From: Heptranchias perlo
Taxonomy: Eukaryota
Length of the DNA stretch: 64,000 nt
Direction of reading: 5' to 3'
NCBI RefSeq assembly: GCF_035084215.1
Contig: NC_090347.1
Location: 7,812,001-7,876,000, forward strand
Each line of letters opens with the position of its first letter. Within the stretch, counting starts at the first letter, position 1. The notes beneath the pieces are model-generated. The model worked only from the letters and a program-made list of their open reading frames with translations, searched no databases and was not told the DNA's origin. This document shows positions 34,264 to 46,726 of this stretch, piece by piece. The position numbers and the translations under genes were made by a program.

Positions 34264-36998
34264 GTCATAGAGTTATACGGCACGGATAGAGGCCCTTCGG
34301 CCCATCGTGTCCGTGCCAGCCATCAAGCCCGGTCCACTCTAATCCCATATTCCAGCATTTGGTCCGTAGCCTTGTATGCTATGGCATTTCAAGTGCTCAT
34401 CCAAATGCTTCTTGAATGTTGTGAGGGTTCCTGCCTCCACAACCCTTTCAGGCAGTGAGTTCCAGACTCCAACCACCCTCTGGGTGAAAAAGTTCTTTCT
34501 CAAATCCCCTCTAAACCTCCCGCCTTTTACCTTGAATCTATGTCCCCTTGTTATAGAACCCTCAACGAAGGGAAAAAGCTCCTTAGTATCCATCCTATCT
34601 GTGCCCCTCATAATTTTGTACACCTCAATCATGTCCCCCCTCAGCCTCCTCTGCTCCAAGGAAAACAAACCCAATCTTCCCAGTCTCTCTTCATAGCTGA
34701 AGCGCTCCAGCCCTGGTAACATCCTGGTGAATCTCCTCTGCACCCTCTCCAAAGCGATCACATCCTTCCTGTAGTGTGGCGACCAGAACTGCACACAGTA
34801 CTCCAGCTGTGGCCTAACCAGTGTTTTATACAGCTCCATCATAACCTCCTTGCTCTTATATTCTATGCCTCGGCTAATAAAGGCAAGTATCCCATATGCC
34901 TTCTTTACCACCTTATCTACCTGTTCCGCCGCCTTCAGGGATCTGTGAACTTGCACACCAAGATCCCTCTGACCCTCTGTCTTGCCTAGGGTCCTCCCAT
35001 TCATTGTGTATTCCCTTGCCTTGTTAGTCCCTCCAAAGTGCATCACCTCGCACTTTTCCGGGTTAAATTCCATTTGCCACTGTTCCGCCCATCTGACCAA
35101 CCCATCTATATCGTCCTGCAGACTGAGGCTATCCTCCTCGCTATTTACCACCCTACCAATTTTTGTATCATCAGCGAACTTACTGATCATACCTTTTACA
35201 TTCATATCCAAGTCATTAATGTAGACCACAAACAGCAAGGGACCCAGCACCGATCCCTGTGGTACCCCACTGGCCACAGGCTTCCAGTCACAAAAACAAC
35301 CTTCGACCATCACCCTCTGCCTTCTGCCACTAAGCCAGTTTTGTATCCAAAGTGCCAAGGCACCCTGGATTCCATGGGCTCGTACCTTCCTGACCAGTCT
35401 CCTGTGGGGGACTTTATCGAAGGCCTTACTGAAATCCATGTATACCACATCCACTGCGTTACCCTCATCCACACGCCTAGTCACCCCCTCAAAAAATTCA
35501 ATCAAATTAGTCAGACATGATCTTCCCTTGACAAAGCCATGTTGACTATCCCTGATTAATCCTTGCTTCTCCAAGTGGAGACTAATTTTGTCCTTCAGAA
35601 TTTTTTCCAATAATTTTCCTACCACTGATGTTAGGCTCACTGGCCTGTAGTTCCCCGGTTTTTCCCTACTCCCCTTCTTGAATAATGGTACTACATTAGC
35701 GGTTCTCCAGTCCTCTGGCACATCCCCTGTGGCCAGAGAGGTTCTGAATATATGTGTTAGAGCCCCCGCAATCTCCTCCTTTGCCTCACTCAGTAGCCTG
35801 GGATACATTTCGTCCGGGCCTGGGGATTTATCCATTTTTAGGCCTGCTAAAACCACCAATACCTCCTCCCGCTTGATGTTAATATGTTCGAGTATATCAC
35901 AGTCCCCCTGCCGTATTTCTATGTCTACATCGTCCTTCTCCATAGTGAAAACAGATGCAAAAAATTCATTTAGAACCCCTCCTACATCTGCCGGCTCCAC
36001 ACACAGATTGCCATTTTTGTCCCTAATGGGCCCTATTTTTTCCCTAGTCATCCTCTTACCCTTAATATACTTATAAAACATCTTAGGATTTTCCTTTATT
36101 TTGCTCGCCAGTGTTATTTCATGGCCCCTCCTTGATCTCCTAATTTCTTTTTTAAGTATCTCCCTGCACTTTTTGTACTCCTCTAGGGCTTCCTCCGTCT
36201 TTAGCCTTTTGTATCTGCCAAAAGCCCTCCTTTTTTTCCTAATCCATTCTCGTATATCCCCTGACATCCAAGGTTCCCTGGAGTTCTTGGAACCACCCTT
36301 GACCTTTACGGGAACATGTTGCCATTGTATGGTCTCAATCTCCCTTCTGAAAGACTCCCATTGCTCCGATGCGGATTTTCCTACAAGCAGCTGATCCCAG
36401 TCCATTTTGGCCAGATCCTGCCTTATCCTATTAAAATCGGCCTTCCCCCAATTTAGAACCTTTATTTCCGGCCCCTCCCTGTCCTTTTCCATGACCACCT
36501 TAAATCTCACCAAATTATGGTCACTGTCACCAAAGTGCTCACCTACTAGCACTTCTTCCACTTGGCCGGCCACATTCCCTAGAATTAGGTCCAGTACCGC
36601 CCCCTCTCTTGTAGGACTTTCTACATGCTGGCTCAAAAAGCTCTCCTGGATGCACGTTAAGAATTTTGTACCCTCTAAGCCTTTTACACTCTGAGTATCC
36701 CAGTTAATATTGGGGAAGTTGAAATCCCCCACTATTATTACCCTATTATTTGCACAATTTTCTGAGATTTGCCTACATATCTGTTCCTCTATCTCCCCCT
36801 GACTGTTTGGGGGCCTATAGTACACTCCCATCAAAGTGCTTGCCCCCTTTTTGTTTTTAAGCTCCACCCATATGGCCTCATTAGAGGAACCTGCTAATAT
36901 ATCATCCCTCCTTATGGCAGTAATTGATTCTTTAATTAATATTGCGACCCCCCCTCCTCTTATACCTCCCCCTCTGTCTCGCCTGAAGATTCTGTACC
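34264..36998 (-). mobile_element. Young 5'-truncated CR1 LINE
   Basis: Continuous EN-RT reading frame, 3' UTR hairpin GGGCCGAAGGGCCT and CTCTATGAC tail; similarity stops abruptly near 36998. Confidence 0.95.
34339..36996 (-). CDS. CR1 ORF2 (partial APE endonuclease plus reverse transcriptase), uninterrupted, native start missing
   Basis: GVYYRPP, GDFNFP, LDLILGN, GDSDHN; KSPGPD, NYRPVSLTS, DFSKAFDKVPH, GVPQGSVLGPLLF, KFADDTK; no stop in ~885 codons. Confidence 0.9.
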   Translation of the reverse strand, partial: YRIFRRDRGGGIRGGGVAILIKESITAIRRDDILAGSSNEAIWVELKNKKGASTLMGVYYRPPNSQGEIEEQICRQISENCANNRVIIVGDFNFPNINWDTQSVKGLEGTKFLTCIQESFLSQHVESPTREGAVLDLILGNVAGQVEEVLVGEHFGDSDHNLVRFKVVMEKDREGPEIKVLNWGKADFNRIRQDLAKMDWDQLLVGKSASEQWESFRREIETIQWQHVPVKVKGGSKNSREPWMSGDIREWIRKKRRAFGRYKRLKTEEALEEYKKCREILKKEIRRSRRGHEITLASKIKENPKMFYKYIKGKRMTREKIGPIRDKNGNLCVEPADVGGVLNEFFASVFTMEKDDVDIEIRQGDCDILEHINIKREEVLVVLAGLKMDKSPGPDEMYPRLLSEAKEEIAGALTHIFRTSLATGDVPEDWRTANVVPLFKKGSREKPGNYRPVSLTSVVGKLLEKILKDKISLHLEKQGLIRDSQHGFVKGRSCLTNLIEFFEGVTRRVDEGNAVDVVYMDFSKAFDKVPHRRLVRKVRAHGIQGALALWIQNWLSGRRQRVMVEGCFCDWKPVASGVPQGSVLGPLLFVVYINDLDMNVKGMISKFADDTKIGRVVNSEEDSLSLQDDIDGLVRWAEQWQMEFNPEKCEVMHFGGTNKAREYTMNGRTLGKTEGQRDLGVQVHRSLKAAEQVDKVVKKAYGILAFISRGIEYKSKEVMMELYKTLVRPQLEYCVQFWSPHYRKDVIALERVQRRFTRMLPGLERFSYEERLGRLGLFSLEQRRLRGDMIEVYKIMRGTDRMDTKELFPFVEGSITRGHRFKVKGGRFRGDLRKNFFTQRVVGVWNSLPERVVEAGTLTTFKKHLDEHLKCHSIQGYGPNAGIWD

Positions 36999-37369
36999 AA
37001 ATAACGTGGTAAAAATTCAAAAACAAGTTTTTTTATATATATATAATTATGCATTGAATGTAAAATTAGAAGTTTAACAAGTACAGATCAGCTACAATAG
37101 TGCTGATAAGACATAGGCCCCATGAGTCACAGATCAGATGCAAAACAGGAACTATGCAGTGACTTGGCATGTTAGTTACAATACAGGAAGTGCCTGAGTA
37201 AATATATTTGCAAAGCAACTAACCCAGATTACTTGAATGGAGGCATCTTTTGCATTTGTCTCAGTAGTTTTTATGTATATCACAAATGCTGGAAATAAAG
37301 CACTGGGATTGTAAACTGCATGGCCATGTGCACTAATCGGCTCAGTATTTTTTTGAGAGTAAGATTCCC

Positions 37370-37740
37370 TTTTCTCCTCTCCTGAATATTCTGATCCATG
37401 GTGGGGTATGAAGCCATGGATATTGGCAGTCCTCTGGTACCTCGCTCAGGTGATATGACCCTGGGCAGTGACTCTCAGCAGGCTGTTCACCCCTGAGTAC
37501 AGGGCAGGATAGGACTTGCCTGTGGGGGGGCTTCAGAACCGAGTCATGACTTCACCCGATGTCCAGCATGAGTCACTGGATAACAATCAGGAGCAGGGAC
37601 CCTGGCTCATTTCTCCCCTCCCCAGTTCAGCAGCACCATGGTAATCTTCATTGCTTCTACCGTTGCCTTGGCTGGGATCAGCTAACTCAGCACGGACCAG
37701 GGATCGAACCTGGGACCTTCCTGTTATGTATACCTCAGGT
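37370..37740 (-). mobile_element. tRNA-derived SINE (second family)
   Basis: Minus-strand head CAGGAAGGTCCCAGGTTCGATCCCTGG with B-box GGTTCGATCC; related fragments near 1640-1800, 10385-10515, 48365-48480 and 63455-63765. Confidence 0.6.
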
Positions 37741-38382
37741 CTTAATTTTCAATTACAAACCTACTTTCCTGTATGAGAGGTTTATAGAAAAATGACCATT
37801 GGCACATTATTACAACGGATGCTACAAGGACTCAAGCTCCTTACCAGGAATCTCATCAGGATTTCCAAATTGGGAAACATCAGTACCAAGCTCTGGACAT
37901 TAAATACAAAGTGGAAAAAATGAAGTGAATTAATACAGTTGGAGTCTTGTCCTTGCCAATTACCAGAACAGTGTGACCTGTTACCACTCTCCTTATTCGA
38001 GTGTGTCTATTACTAAATTACATGCAATAGAAAGGCCTTTGGAGTCAAACTAAATTAATGCCAGTTAGGCCCTGATAGTGTATAGAGTGCAGTAACAGAA
38101 AAGAGAACTTTTCTGATTCCTGGATTTGACATGTTTTTGGTGACATCATCTTTCCCACACTTAGTGAGTCAGATTCTAACCTTTCCCTAATGAGAAAACA
38201 GCATAGTTCTCCGGAGTGCACAATGAATACAGTGTTCTTAGACCTGAGGCCAGAGTCTCCATAGAGAGGATATGCGGTGGGTAACAGATGAAAACCATTC
38301 TCATGCTTGAGTGGGAAAAGGCTGCATAATTTATTAGCAGTGAAGTTCCTGAGTGAGTAGAGAATGGCTTTCTTCAATTGAC

Positions 38383-38750
38383 GTCAGCTTAATGGCATGC
38401 TTGCCTCTTGATTTAGAAGGTTGTGGATTCAAGTTCCATTCAGGATTTAGGGGTATACTCTAAACTAACACTTTAGTGCAGCGCCAAGGGGGTGCTACAT
38501 TGTCAGTGGTGATAAAGGCCCTGTTCAGCTGATAAGGACCTGATAGAACTATTAAAAGGACAGGAAGCTCTTCCAGTGTCCTGGCTAACATTCCTGTCTG
38601 GTCATTCACCTCATTGTGAGTTCTTGCTGTGTTCAAAATGACTGCTGCATTTGCCTACATAACAACAGTCACTGTACTTCATAAGTAGTTTATTGTATGT
38701 GAAGAGCTTTAAGATGTTGGTGCATGCTGTTATATTATGCTACATAAATT
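38383..38750 (+). mobile_element. SacSINE1-like SINE, diverged full-length copy
   Basis: Colinear with 46727-47162. Confidence 0.7.
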
Positions 38751-39109
38751 GAGATTGCGTTAATCCCAGTTGTACGGTCTTGTGCTTTTTTCTTGGTCAC
38801 GATTCAGGCTCCTCCACCATTTCTTCATCCTTACTGGGAACTGTTGACCAAATCATTATCAATTTATCCCATGAGGCAATGCAACATTTGGTTTTGGTGC
38901 TGTCCACACAATTGACTCCTCGCTCAAAGGATAAATGTGGCTTTACACCATGGTTGAGGATGGGGTGTTCATGGAGCTTCCTCCTCCTTATACTTGACTC
39001 GTTGCCCATTGTCATTCTCACTGGATGTGGTAGGGCTACAGAGCTTTGACTGTGGGACCGCTTAGCACTGTCTATAATCTGCTGCTTTTGGTGTTTAGTG
39101 TGCAGGTAG

Positions 39110-39745
39110 CTCTAGATTCTGATTGCACTGGACACAGCAACAGCTTTGGACCATGACAACATCCTGACTGTAGTGCTGAAGACCTGTGCATCAGAGCTAG
39201 CTGCTCCCTTGACCAAATTGTTTCAAATTAGCTATGGCACTGGCATCTACCTGACAATGTGGAAGATTGCTTAGATATGTCCTAGCCACGAAGAGCAGGA
39301 TATATCTAATCCAGTCAATTGCCCCCATATCAGTCTCCCCTTCCCCCCAATCATAAGTAAAGTGATGTAAGGAGTCTTCAATAGTGACACCAAGCAACAC
39401 ATACTCACCAATAACCTGGTCATCGATGCTCAGTTCTGGTTCCACCAGAACCATTCGACTCCAGGCATCATCACAGCCTTAATTCAGACATGGGCGCAAC
39501 AGCTGAATGCCAGAGGACTGGTGAGAGTAGCTGCCCTCGACATTCAGGCAGCATTCGTCCAAGTACAGCACTAGAGAGCCCTAAAAAACTGGTCAGTGGG
39601 GGTCAAAGGCAAAACCCTCCAGTGGGTGGAGTAATAACTGTTGCAAAGGAAGATGGCCATGGTTGTCAGAGGCCTGTCATCATAGCCCCAGGACATTACT
39701 GCAGGAGTTTCTCAGGGTAGCATCCTCAGTCCTTTCATCTTCAGC
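39110..39745 (+). mobile_element. Old LINE RT fragment
   Basis: Decayed motifs (VLKTCASELAAPLTKLFQ.SY.TGIY...WKIA, QFWFHQNHST, ALDI.AF, GV.QGSIL.P). Confidence 0.65.
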
Positions 39746-39766
39746 GTCAATGGTACTTCCACCTAC

Positions 39767-39994
39767 CTTGGCTGTCCTGGTAAGATCATTAAATGTTCCT
39801 CTGCACTACTTCCAGGTGTGCAGTATGGTGAGGATGGCATTCGCACTGGTGGCCAACTCCTTCCATCCCCGCTGGGCTGTTCTACCTGGGCGTCTGCAGC
39901 ACTTGCTGTCAAAGAGGGACCCCCCCCCACTTTTCTGTCTCATTTCCTCCACAAAAATCTCTATGGTCCTATCAGAGAAAGAGGCCACTCTCAT
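39767..39994 (-). pseudogene. Myb/SANT-like DNA-binding exon remnant of an old Harbinger-type transposon
   Basis: MRVASFSDRTIEIFVEEMRQK...RGWKELA...HTWK*CRGTFNDLTRTAK then GTAGGT donor; one in-frame stop. Confidence 0.7.
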
Positions 39995-41933
39995 GTCCTT
40001 CCAGACATTGTTCTTCAACACCAGCTATCACACTGCCCACCAATCAGCAAGCTTTAAATTACAGGCACTCTCCACATCTGGAGCTTGCCGACAATTTTAA
40101 AATTAGGTGGAATGCCAGAAGTATGCAAGGGGTCAATGGACTTCGAGCCAGGAGGGCACGATACATGCACTGCCCCATGGTCTCCACAACACCAGTATAT
40201 AGTTGGGGAAAGTCTTAAGATTATTTCACAGGGCTCTGAATTGGAGGTATTTGTAAGATGAACATAATTTGGATCGTAAAGCATACACATTAATTAATAA
40301 ACGCAGAATCTACTTCACCTTAGCAATACCCAACAGCAGTCACTGCACTTCAAGGTAATTCATTTCTTGTGAAGCACTTTGTGGTGTTATGAGAGATGTA
40401 ATAAAGTTCTATATAATTGCAAGGCTTTCTTTCCTTTCAGTGCATATACCAAGGGAGGGACCCGGTTGTTGGATGGGCCCATCTGGATGATTATCTCAAC
40501 AGAATAAATCCCATAGTTAAAATTATCCTTGCAACTCAAAAGTCTAGGCTTACTTAACACGGTAAGCATACAAACCACGAGCACACGATAGCCAGACACA
40601 TAGGCCTCATTACAGAGGCTTCACACATGATGTAATTACAATCCCTACACGTCCTTTAATCTGTTTGGTGATGTTTGTGAGCTAAATACCTAATGGAGAT
40701 ACAAAACATGATAATGATCAATATCATTAAAAAAATAAGTTACAATCCAAGTTCTCAGAATCAGAATGTGACAGACTTGATTTATGTTACTAAGTGAATG
40801 AAGAATACTCTTCTGAATTGCTGGAGTCTGATATCAGATGTATAAGACTTGTAGACTTGAACCTTTAGCTCTAAATAGACTAACCTGAATATTCTTCCCC
40901 CTCCTTGGATATTGTCCTAAAACTAAGACTATTGCACTCCATCCTACTCTAACTCATTCTTTTCCAGGACCTCAAAACTGTGGAACTCCTTACCTCCCTG
41001 TATTCCTCTTACCATCGACAGACTTTTATAAACTTAGCTTGGCATCACCTGCCCACTACTTATTGATTTACCTCATTTTCTTTTTCTTTCATTTTCAACC
41101 TCGGTCATGTTTTTTTACACAGTTTGGGCATTATCCCAACAAATTTTCTTGTGTAAATGTCTTGACAACACTTTCTGTAAGCATACTGAGGTCTGCTATG
41201 AACTGAAACATGTGTAATTATTATCTACCGTATTTGGGTTTGTGTAACCCAGGTCTAACAATTAACCATCATCACAGTAAACATATTACTAGAGAATACA
41301 AGCTGCCCCCGACACCTCAGATAATGGACAATGTCACACTGTTAGCCTATTTTATACAGACTAAACTACGACTTTGGGTTTATTTACAAATAAAATGGTA
41401 CACAGAACCCATAGGCAAAATGCTAAACATCACAATACTTATAAGAGAGCTGGAATCAGTACACAAGAGTTAACATATCTTTTTATTAAGAAGTTGCCTT
41501 ATTAGTTTCTAGGAGTGGAACAGTTCATTAGCTAAGCCTTCTCTTGCTCATTGGCACACAGTCATAGGAACATAGGAAGATAGGAACAGGAGTAGGCCAT
41601 TTAGCCCCTCGAGCCTGTTCCGCCATTCAATGAGATCATGTCTGATCTGTGACCTGACTCTATGGGCTCGATTTTACCAGGCCTGCGGGTTTCCGGCGGG
41701 TTGGGTTTCGGGAGCGTGGTCAACACGCTCGGTGAAATTAGTGGGTTGCCCGCGCGATCGTAGCAGGCAACACACTAATAGGAATCAATTACCTGCTCCT
41801 CCGGGGTCCACGCTGCTGGTCTGCGCGTCGGGCGGGCTGCGCATGCGCAGTACGATCTGTCAGCTGGAGGCTCTCTAGTTAAAGGGGCAGTCCTCCACTG
41901 ACAGATGCTGCAACCAATGGAACAAATTTCAGC

Positions 41934-42178
41934 ATGGAGCAGCCCAGGGGGAAGGCTGCTCCCAGTCTAATGATGCCTCACCCCAGGTATCATCAGATGG
42001 GGTGAGGAGGAGGGCGAAGACAGAGATCTTCCACCCGGCGGGCTGGAGGAAGCGGCCTGCCTCTGCCACCAAGAAGGCCTGGCTCGAGGTGGCAGAGGGG
42101 GTCACCTGCGCAACCAACATATCGCCCACCTACATACAGTGCAGGAGGCGCTGCAATGACCTCAGTAGGTCAGCCACA
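41934..42178 (+). pseudogene. Harbinger Myb/SANT-like protein exon, frameshifted
   Basis: MEQPRGKAAP...(shift)...VRRR.KTEIFHPAGWRKRPASATKKAWLEVAEGV...IQCRRRCNDLSRSAT then GTGAG. Confidence 0.75.
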
Positions 42179-42739
42179 GTGAGAACACGAAGTCTTTCCC
42201 CTACACTCCATCTGCCACAACACTGCCCCAACCCCACATCTCCTTCGGCACCGCCAACACTACTCTGTCACATCACCCCTCATACCCACTCAAACCCCAT
42301 CCTCATCTTACCTCCACCTACTCACCTCGCCAGTACTCATCCTGCCACTAACACGCGACCCAATCCTCATACAATCTCATGGCTCTATCCCATACTCACC
42401 CTCTCGTGCATCTCCCTCACGGCCAGCCCCACTCAACCTGCCACCACCTGTGCTGCAGCCACAGGGCATGCATCACATATGTGCAGTAGGCAGCGTAAGG
42501 CAAATATTTCGTGAGCATGAAGGGGGTGCACAAGGGTGTCGGAGGGTTTGCCATGGGTGGTACCTATATTGAATTTCAGAGCAACAAACAGCACACATTA
42601 TATTGGCACCACCACTGCCATGTCTCCGCGAATACTGTCTGTTGTGTCCAATAATGCCCGCTCCTGGGTATCACTATGAGGACCCACCACTGATGCCACC
42701 CATCGTGTTACTGCAGAGTAGGTGCAGGTGTATTTGCAG

Positions 42740-43096
42740 GGCTCTTCCGCGCAGACCACTGAGAGACATCGGCGGTGTAGCCGGCTGCACCCTGGAAGGA
42801 TGCGGAGGAGAAGTTGTGGAGGGCAGTGGTGACTTTGGCAGCGACAGGTAAGCACGTGTGCACTGCTGCTCGGAGAGGTCCGGGGAGCTTCGCCTCGGTC
42901 TGTGGACCATGTGGCAAGGGTAGTGCCCTCTGCGATGCGTCTCTCTCTGCGGTAGCCCTCCCTCCTGCTGTGCAGGTGGGCGTGCAACAACCCTGTGTTG
43001 GGGGGCTCCACGTCTCTGCGGCGGACGGCGTGGACTGCGAGGCTGCTGGGGCTGGTCATGCTGTTCGTCCTCCGAGGGTGTCCACGCACCACCCAT
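42740..43096 (-). pseudogene. Harbinger (HARBI1-like) transposase N-terminal remnant
   Basis: HRRGHYP.H.VHRPRRS.PDLSEQQC...LPVAAKVTTAL..FSSASFQGAAG.TADVSQ.SA; no DDE catalytic domain seen. Confidence 0.7.
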
Positions 43097-46000
43097 CTGG
43101 CCGTTGTTGGTCTGAGGGGTTGTGCAGGGTAGGTGGGTGGTTCCTCGGACTGGGGCTGCAGTTTCGTGTCGGTCTGTCCTCTGGCTTGGCGGGGGGTGGT
43201 GGGGGGCAGGGGTTGCCCTATGTGACGCGGTGGCCTCCTGCGTGGGTGAGGGCTCTCCCCCGTGGGGTGCACCTTGGCACCTGCCACAGGCTGCTGGCTG
43301 CAACACGCCTGGTTGGAGAGAGACTGTTTCCCCCAGTGTGGGAAACACGCTGCCATGCAGGTAAAATCCCACACTTCCTCTTTTGACAGCTGATTCAGCT
43401 CATTAACTGACCTCAACAAGCAAGGTAAGTACTCTCAAGTGGAACCCCGCTGGCTTTAATTGCCTGCGGGATTCCCACCAGCGGGGGCCACGCATGCAGC
43501 CCCGCACGTCATCGGGGAACCCGGAAGTGGTCGGGATCGCGGTGCGATCCGGTCACGTGACCTCATATCGGGATTTTCGGGGCCCCCCCGCTGGAAACCC
43601 GCAGGAAACCCGACCCTAAAATCGAGCCCTATATACCTGCCTTAGCCACATATCCCTTAATACCTTTGGTTAACAAAAATCTATCAATCTCAGATTTAAA
43701 ATTAACAATTGAGCTAGCATCAACTGCCATTTGCGGAAGAGAGTTCCAAATTCCTACCACACTTTGGGTGTAGAAATGTTTCCTAACTTTGCTCCTCAAA
43801 GATCTGGCTCTAATTTTTAGGCTATGTCCCCTAGTCCTAGACTCCCCAAATTGTGGAAATAGCTTCTCACTATCTACCCTATCAGTTCCCCTTAATATCT
43901 TGAAAACTTTGATTAAATCACCCCTTAATCTTCTAAATTCCAGGGAATACAACCCTAGTTTGTGTAATCTGGCCTCGTAAATTAACCCTTGGATTCCAGG
44001 TATTATTCTAGTAAATCTACACTGCACTCCCTCCAAGGCCAATATATCCTTCCTAAGGTGTGGTTCCTAGAACTGAACACAGTACTCCGGGTGTGGCCTA
44101 ACCAGGGCTTTGAATAGCTGTAGCATAACTTCTACCCAGTTGTATTCTAGTCCTTTAGATATAAAGGCCAGCATTCCATTAGCCTTTTTGATTATTTTCT
44201 GTACCTGTCCATGACATTTTAATGATCTATGTACATGGACCCCTAAGTCTCTTTGGACCTCCACTTTTTGAGATTTTCACCATTTAGAAAGTACTCTGAT
44301 CTATCCTTTTTAAGTCCAAAGTGAATGACCTCACACTTGCCTACATTGAAATCCATTCACTTAATCTATTAATATCTCTCTAATTTGATGCTTCCATCTA
44401 CACTGCTTATAATGGTGCCTATCTTTGTGTCATCGGCAAACTTGGATATGTGGCTGTCCATCCCGTCATCGAAGTCATTAATAAATACAATGACTAGTTG
44501 AGGCCCCAACACAGATCCCTATGGGACACCACTAGTCACATCCTGCCAATTTGAGTACCTGCTCATTATTCCTACTCTCTGTCTTCTGCCGTTCAGCCAA
44601 TTTCCTAACCAGCTCAATAATTTGCCCTCAATTCCATGAGCTTCAATTTTAGCTAACAGTCTCTTACGAGGGACTTTATTGAATGCCTTCTGGAAGTCTA
44701 TATAAATAACATCCATAGACATTCCCCTGTCCACTACTTTAGTCACCCCTTCAAAAAATTCAATCAGGTTCATCAGGCATGACCTACCCTTTACAAATCC
44801 ATGCTGGCTCTCTCTGATCAGCTGAAAATTTTCAAGGTGTTCTGTCACTCAATCCTTAATTATAGGGTCTAGTAATTTCCTGACAACAGATGTTAGGCTA
44901 ACTGGTCTGTAATTCCCTGTTTCCCTCTCTCACCTTTCTTAAATAGCGGAGTGTCATGTGCAATTTTCCAATCTAAAGGAACACAGTCCATAGTCTCAAA
45001 ACGTATCCTTCAAGAGAAGATGCTCCCTCTCCAGTATGATTGTTGCTCCTTAATTGCCCAGTAATACACTTTAATTATTTCTAACACTTGGGTGCACTCA
45101 GTGATTGTTTTCCCAGGTGTGTACAGTGCATCTGTTAGTAATGAACAGTATTACCTTCTTTCTGGCAACCAGAACCAGGACATTTATTCAGCAAAGTATC
45201 TTTGATATAAAGCCATTTCGGTTCCCTCAGTCTGTTTACACACATGATCATAATTACAAATTATATCTGTTATATATCTGTCTGACAACAACTGGCATTC
45301 ATTAATATTTAAACATACTGCCCTGACACCAAAGGGAATTTTCTTTATCAGCTAATGTGTGGAAAATTTGCAGTCCACAACTATAAAAAAGAGCAACCTT
45401 CATTTTAAATCCTTACCCATTTACCTGGATTTCTCAAACACCTATTGTACAATTAAAAATGTTGCTTTTAGTATGTGTTTTGTCTGTCAAACATCAGAAA
45501 AAAAAAGTGCTGGTGCTTCTAACTTGGAACCAGAAACTTGCAAGTATTTTCTAATCTGCAGAATTCTTTCACCAAACAATTAAACTCTGATTGCCCTGAA
45601 GCTCTGTTTACTTAACAACATTTAGACTTGTAGCCTTAAAGGGACAAAGTTCCATCCTAGCAACAGATTAATAAATCATGCATTACATGATGTAACACAC
45701 TGTAACAAAAATAGGGTATTTTTGTCAATAGTTTTTGGCTTCCTCTTTGTAATGTGTTTTGTAGCTTAAAGACAGGTTCTTTTAAGAAAGAAACCACCCT
45801 TAAAATAGTTTCTATAGTGCATTCTAAGCACTAGCTTTTTTTTGGCTCTGCATGAAGTATGCCTGAAAGAAGTTAATACTGTTGATTACAAACAGATGTA
45901 AGCGTCTGAGAAAACAATTCCTGAGCGCATACAAGCGCTAGAAATAATTGAAGTGTATCATTGGGCAATTAAGGAACAACAAAATCTAATGAGGATACCC

Positions 46001-46726
46001 AAATATAAACATCACTTGTCAGATGCTACAGGTGTTGTTTGCATAACCCTGTGTTTGTGTTAGGTACCTTATTTTTTTTTTCATTGTTTGAGTGAAGTAT
46101 CTCGACATCACAGATTGACTTCTCAAAGGCAAGTCTGTATTTCAAAATGTGTTATGAGTATAAAGATCATAGACTTTTGATAAACTGGATAGCTATGGGT
46201 TTCATCGATTCACATCAGATACAGAGGCATGACATGACTCAGTAGGTAGGAACATGTATGCAATTCTAAGAAAAACTGTAACCGGTAGGGATTGGACATC
46301 CTGAGAAGTATTTATCTTTTGTTTGAAAGAGCATCAAAGAAAGCCAGTCAGAGGAACTAAACTGATTGTCTGTTTAATCCTTCCATCAAGTGATTCAAAG
46401 CTGCTCTGTTATTTGGACTGACTTCAACAATTCACTGTTACTGTTTACTGAAGTAAATGACTCAGTCCATGAATAAACCTGTTTTGTAGTTTAGCCTGTT
46501 CCAAAATTATCTGTTATTAATCATCTTGTGAAATGATGCTGGCATATAGTGAAAATCCCATATGTAACCCAGAAACAATAAATAGGTTTATTGTTCACAC
46601 TATCCCAGATTACTTTGTGCACGTGGTCTTACTTCAGTTCATAGGAGGTGCAGGCTTGCCTATGGGAACCGGCTTTTGTGTTGGAAAAAGATGTGAAGAA
46701 GCCTGTATCATGACATTCCTGCCCTT

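Larger units (their letters stand above)
41664..43629. mobile_element. Non-autonomous PIF/Harbinger DNA transposon (1966 bp)
   Basis: 13-bp TIR GGGCTCGATTTTA / TAAAATCGAGCCC, shared subterminal CCTGCGGGTTTCC.GCGGG, 3-bp TSD TAT (41661-41663, 43630-43632). Confidence 0.92.
41563..44985 (-). mobile_element. Degenerate CR1 LINE interrupted by a Harbinger element
   Basis: RT motifs ESQHGFVKGRSCL.NL, DFQKAF.KVP, SGVP, KFADDTKI, YCVQF, RLRGDLI in 43630-44985; the 3' UTR continues at 41563-41663. Confidence 0.88.

Noticed and set aside
34376-36694. Several plus-strand ORFs of 70-160 aa
   Set aside because: Antisense shadows of the CR1 ORF2
42598-43419. Long ORFs (190-273 aa) inside the Harbinger as real genes
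   Set aside because: Only short transposase-like pieces in shifting frames; GC-rich sequence explains the lack of stops
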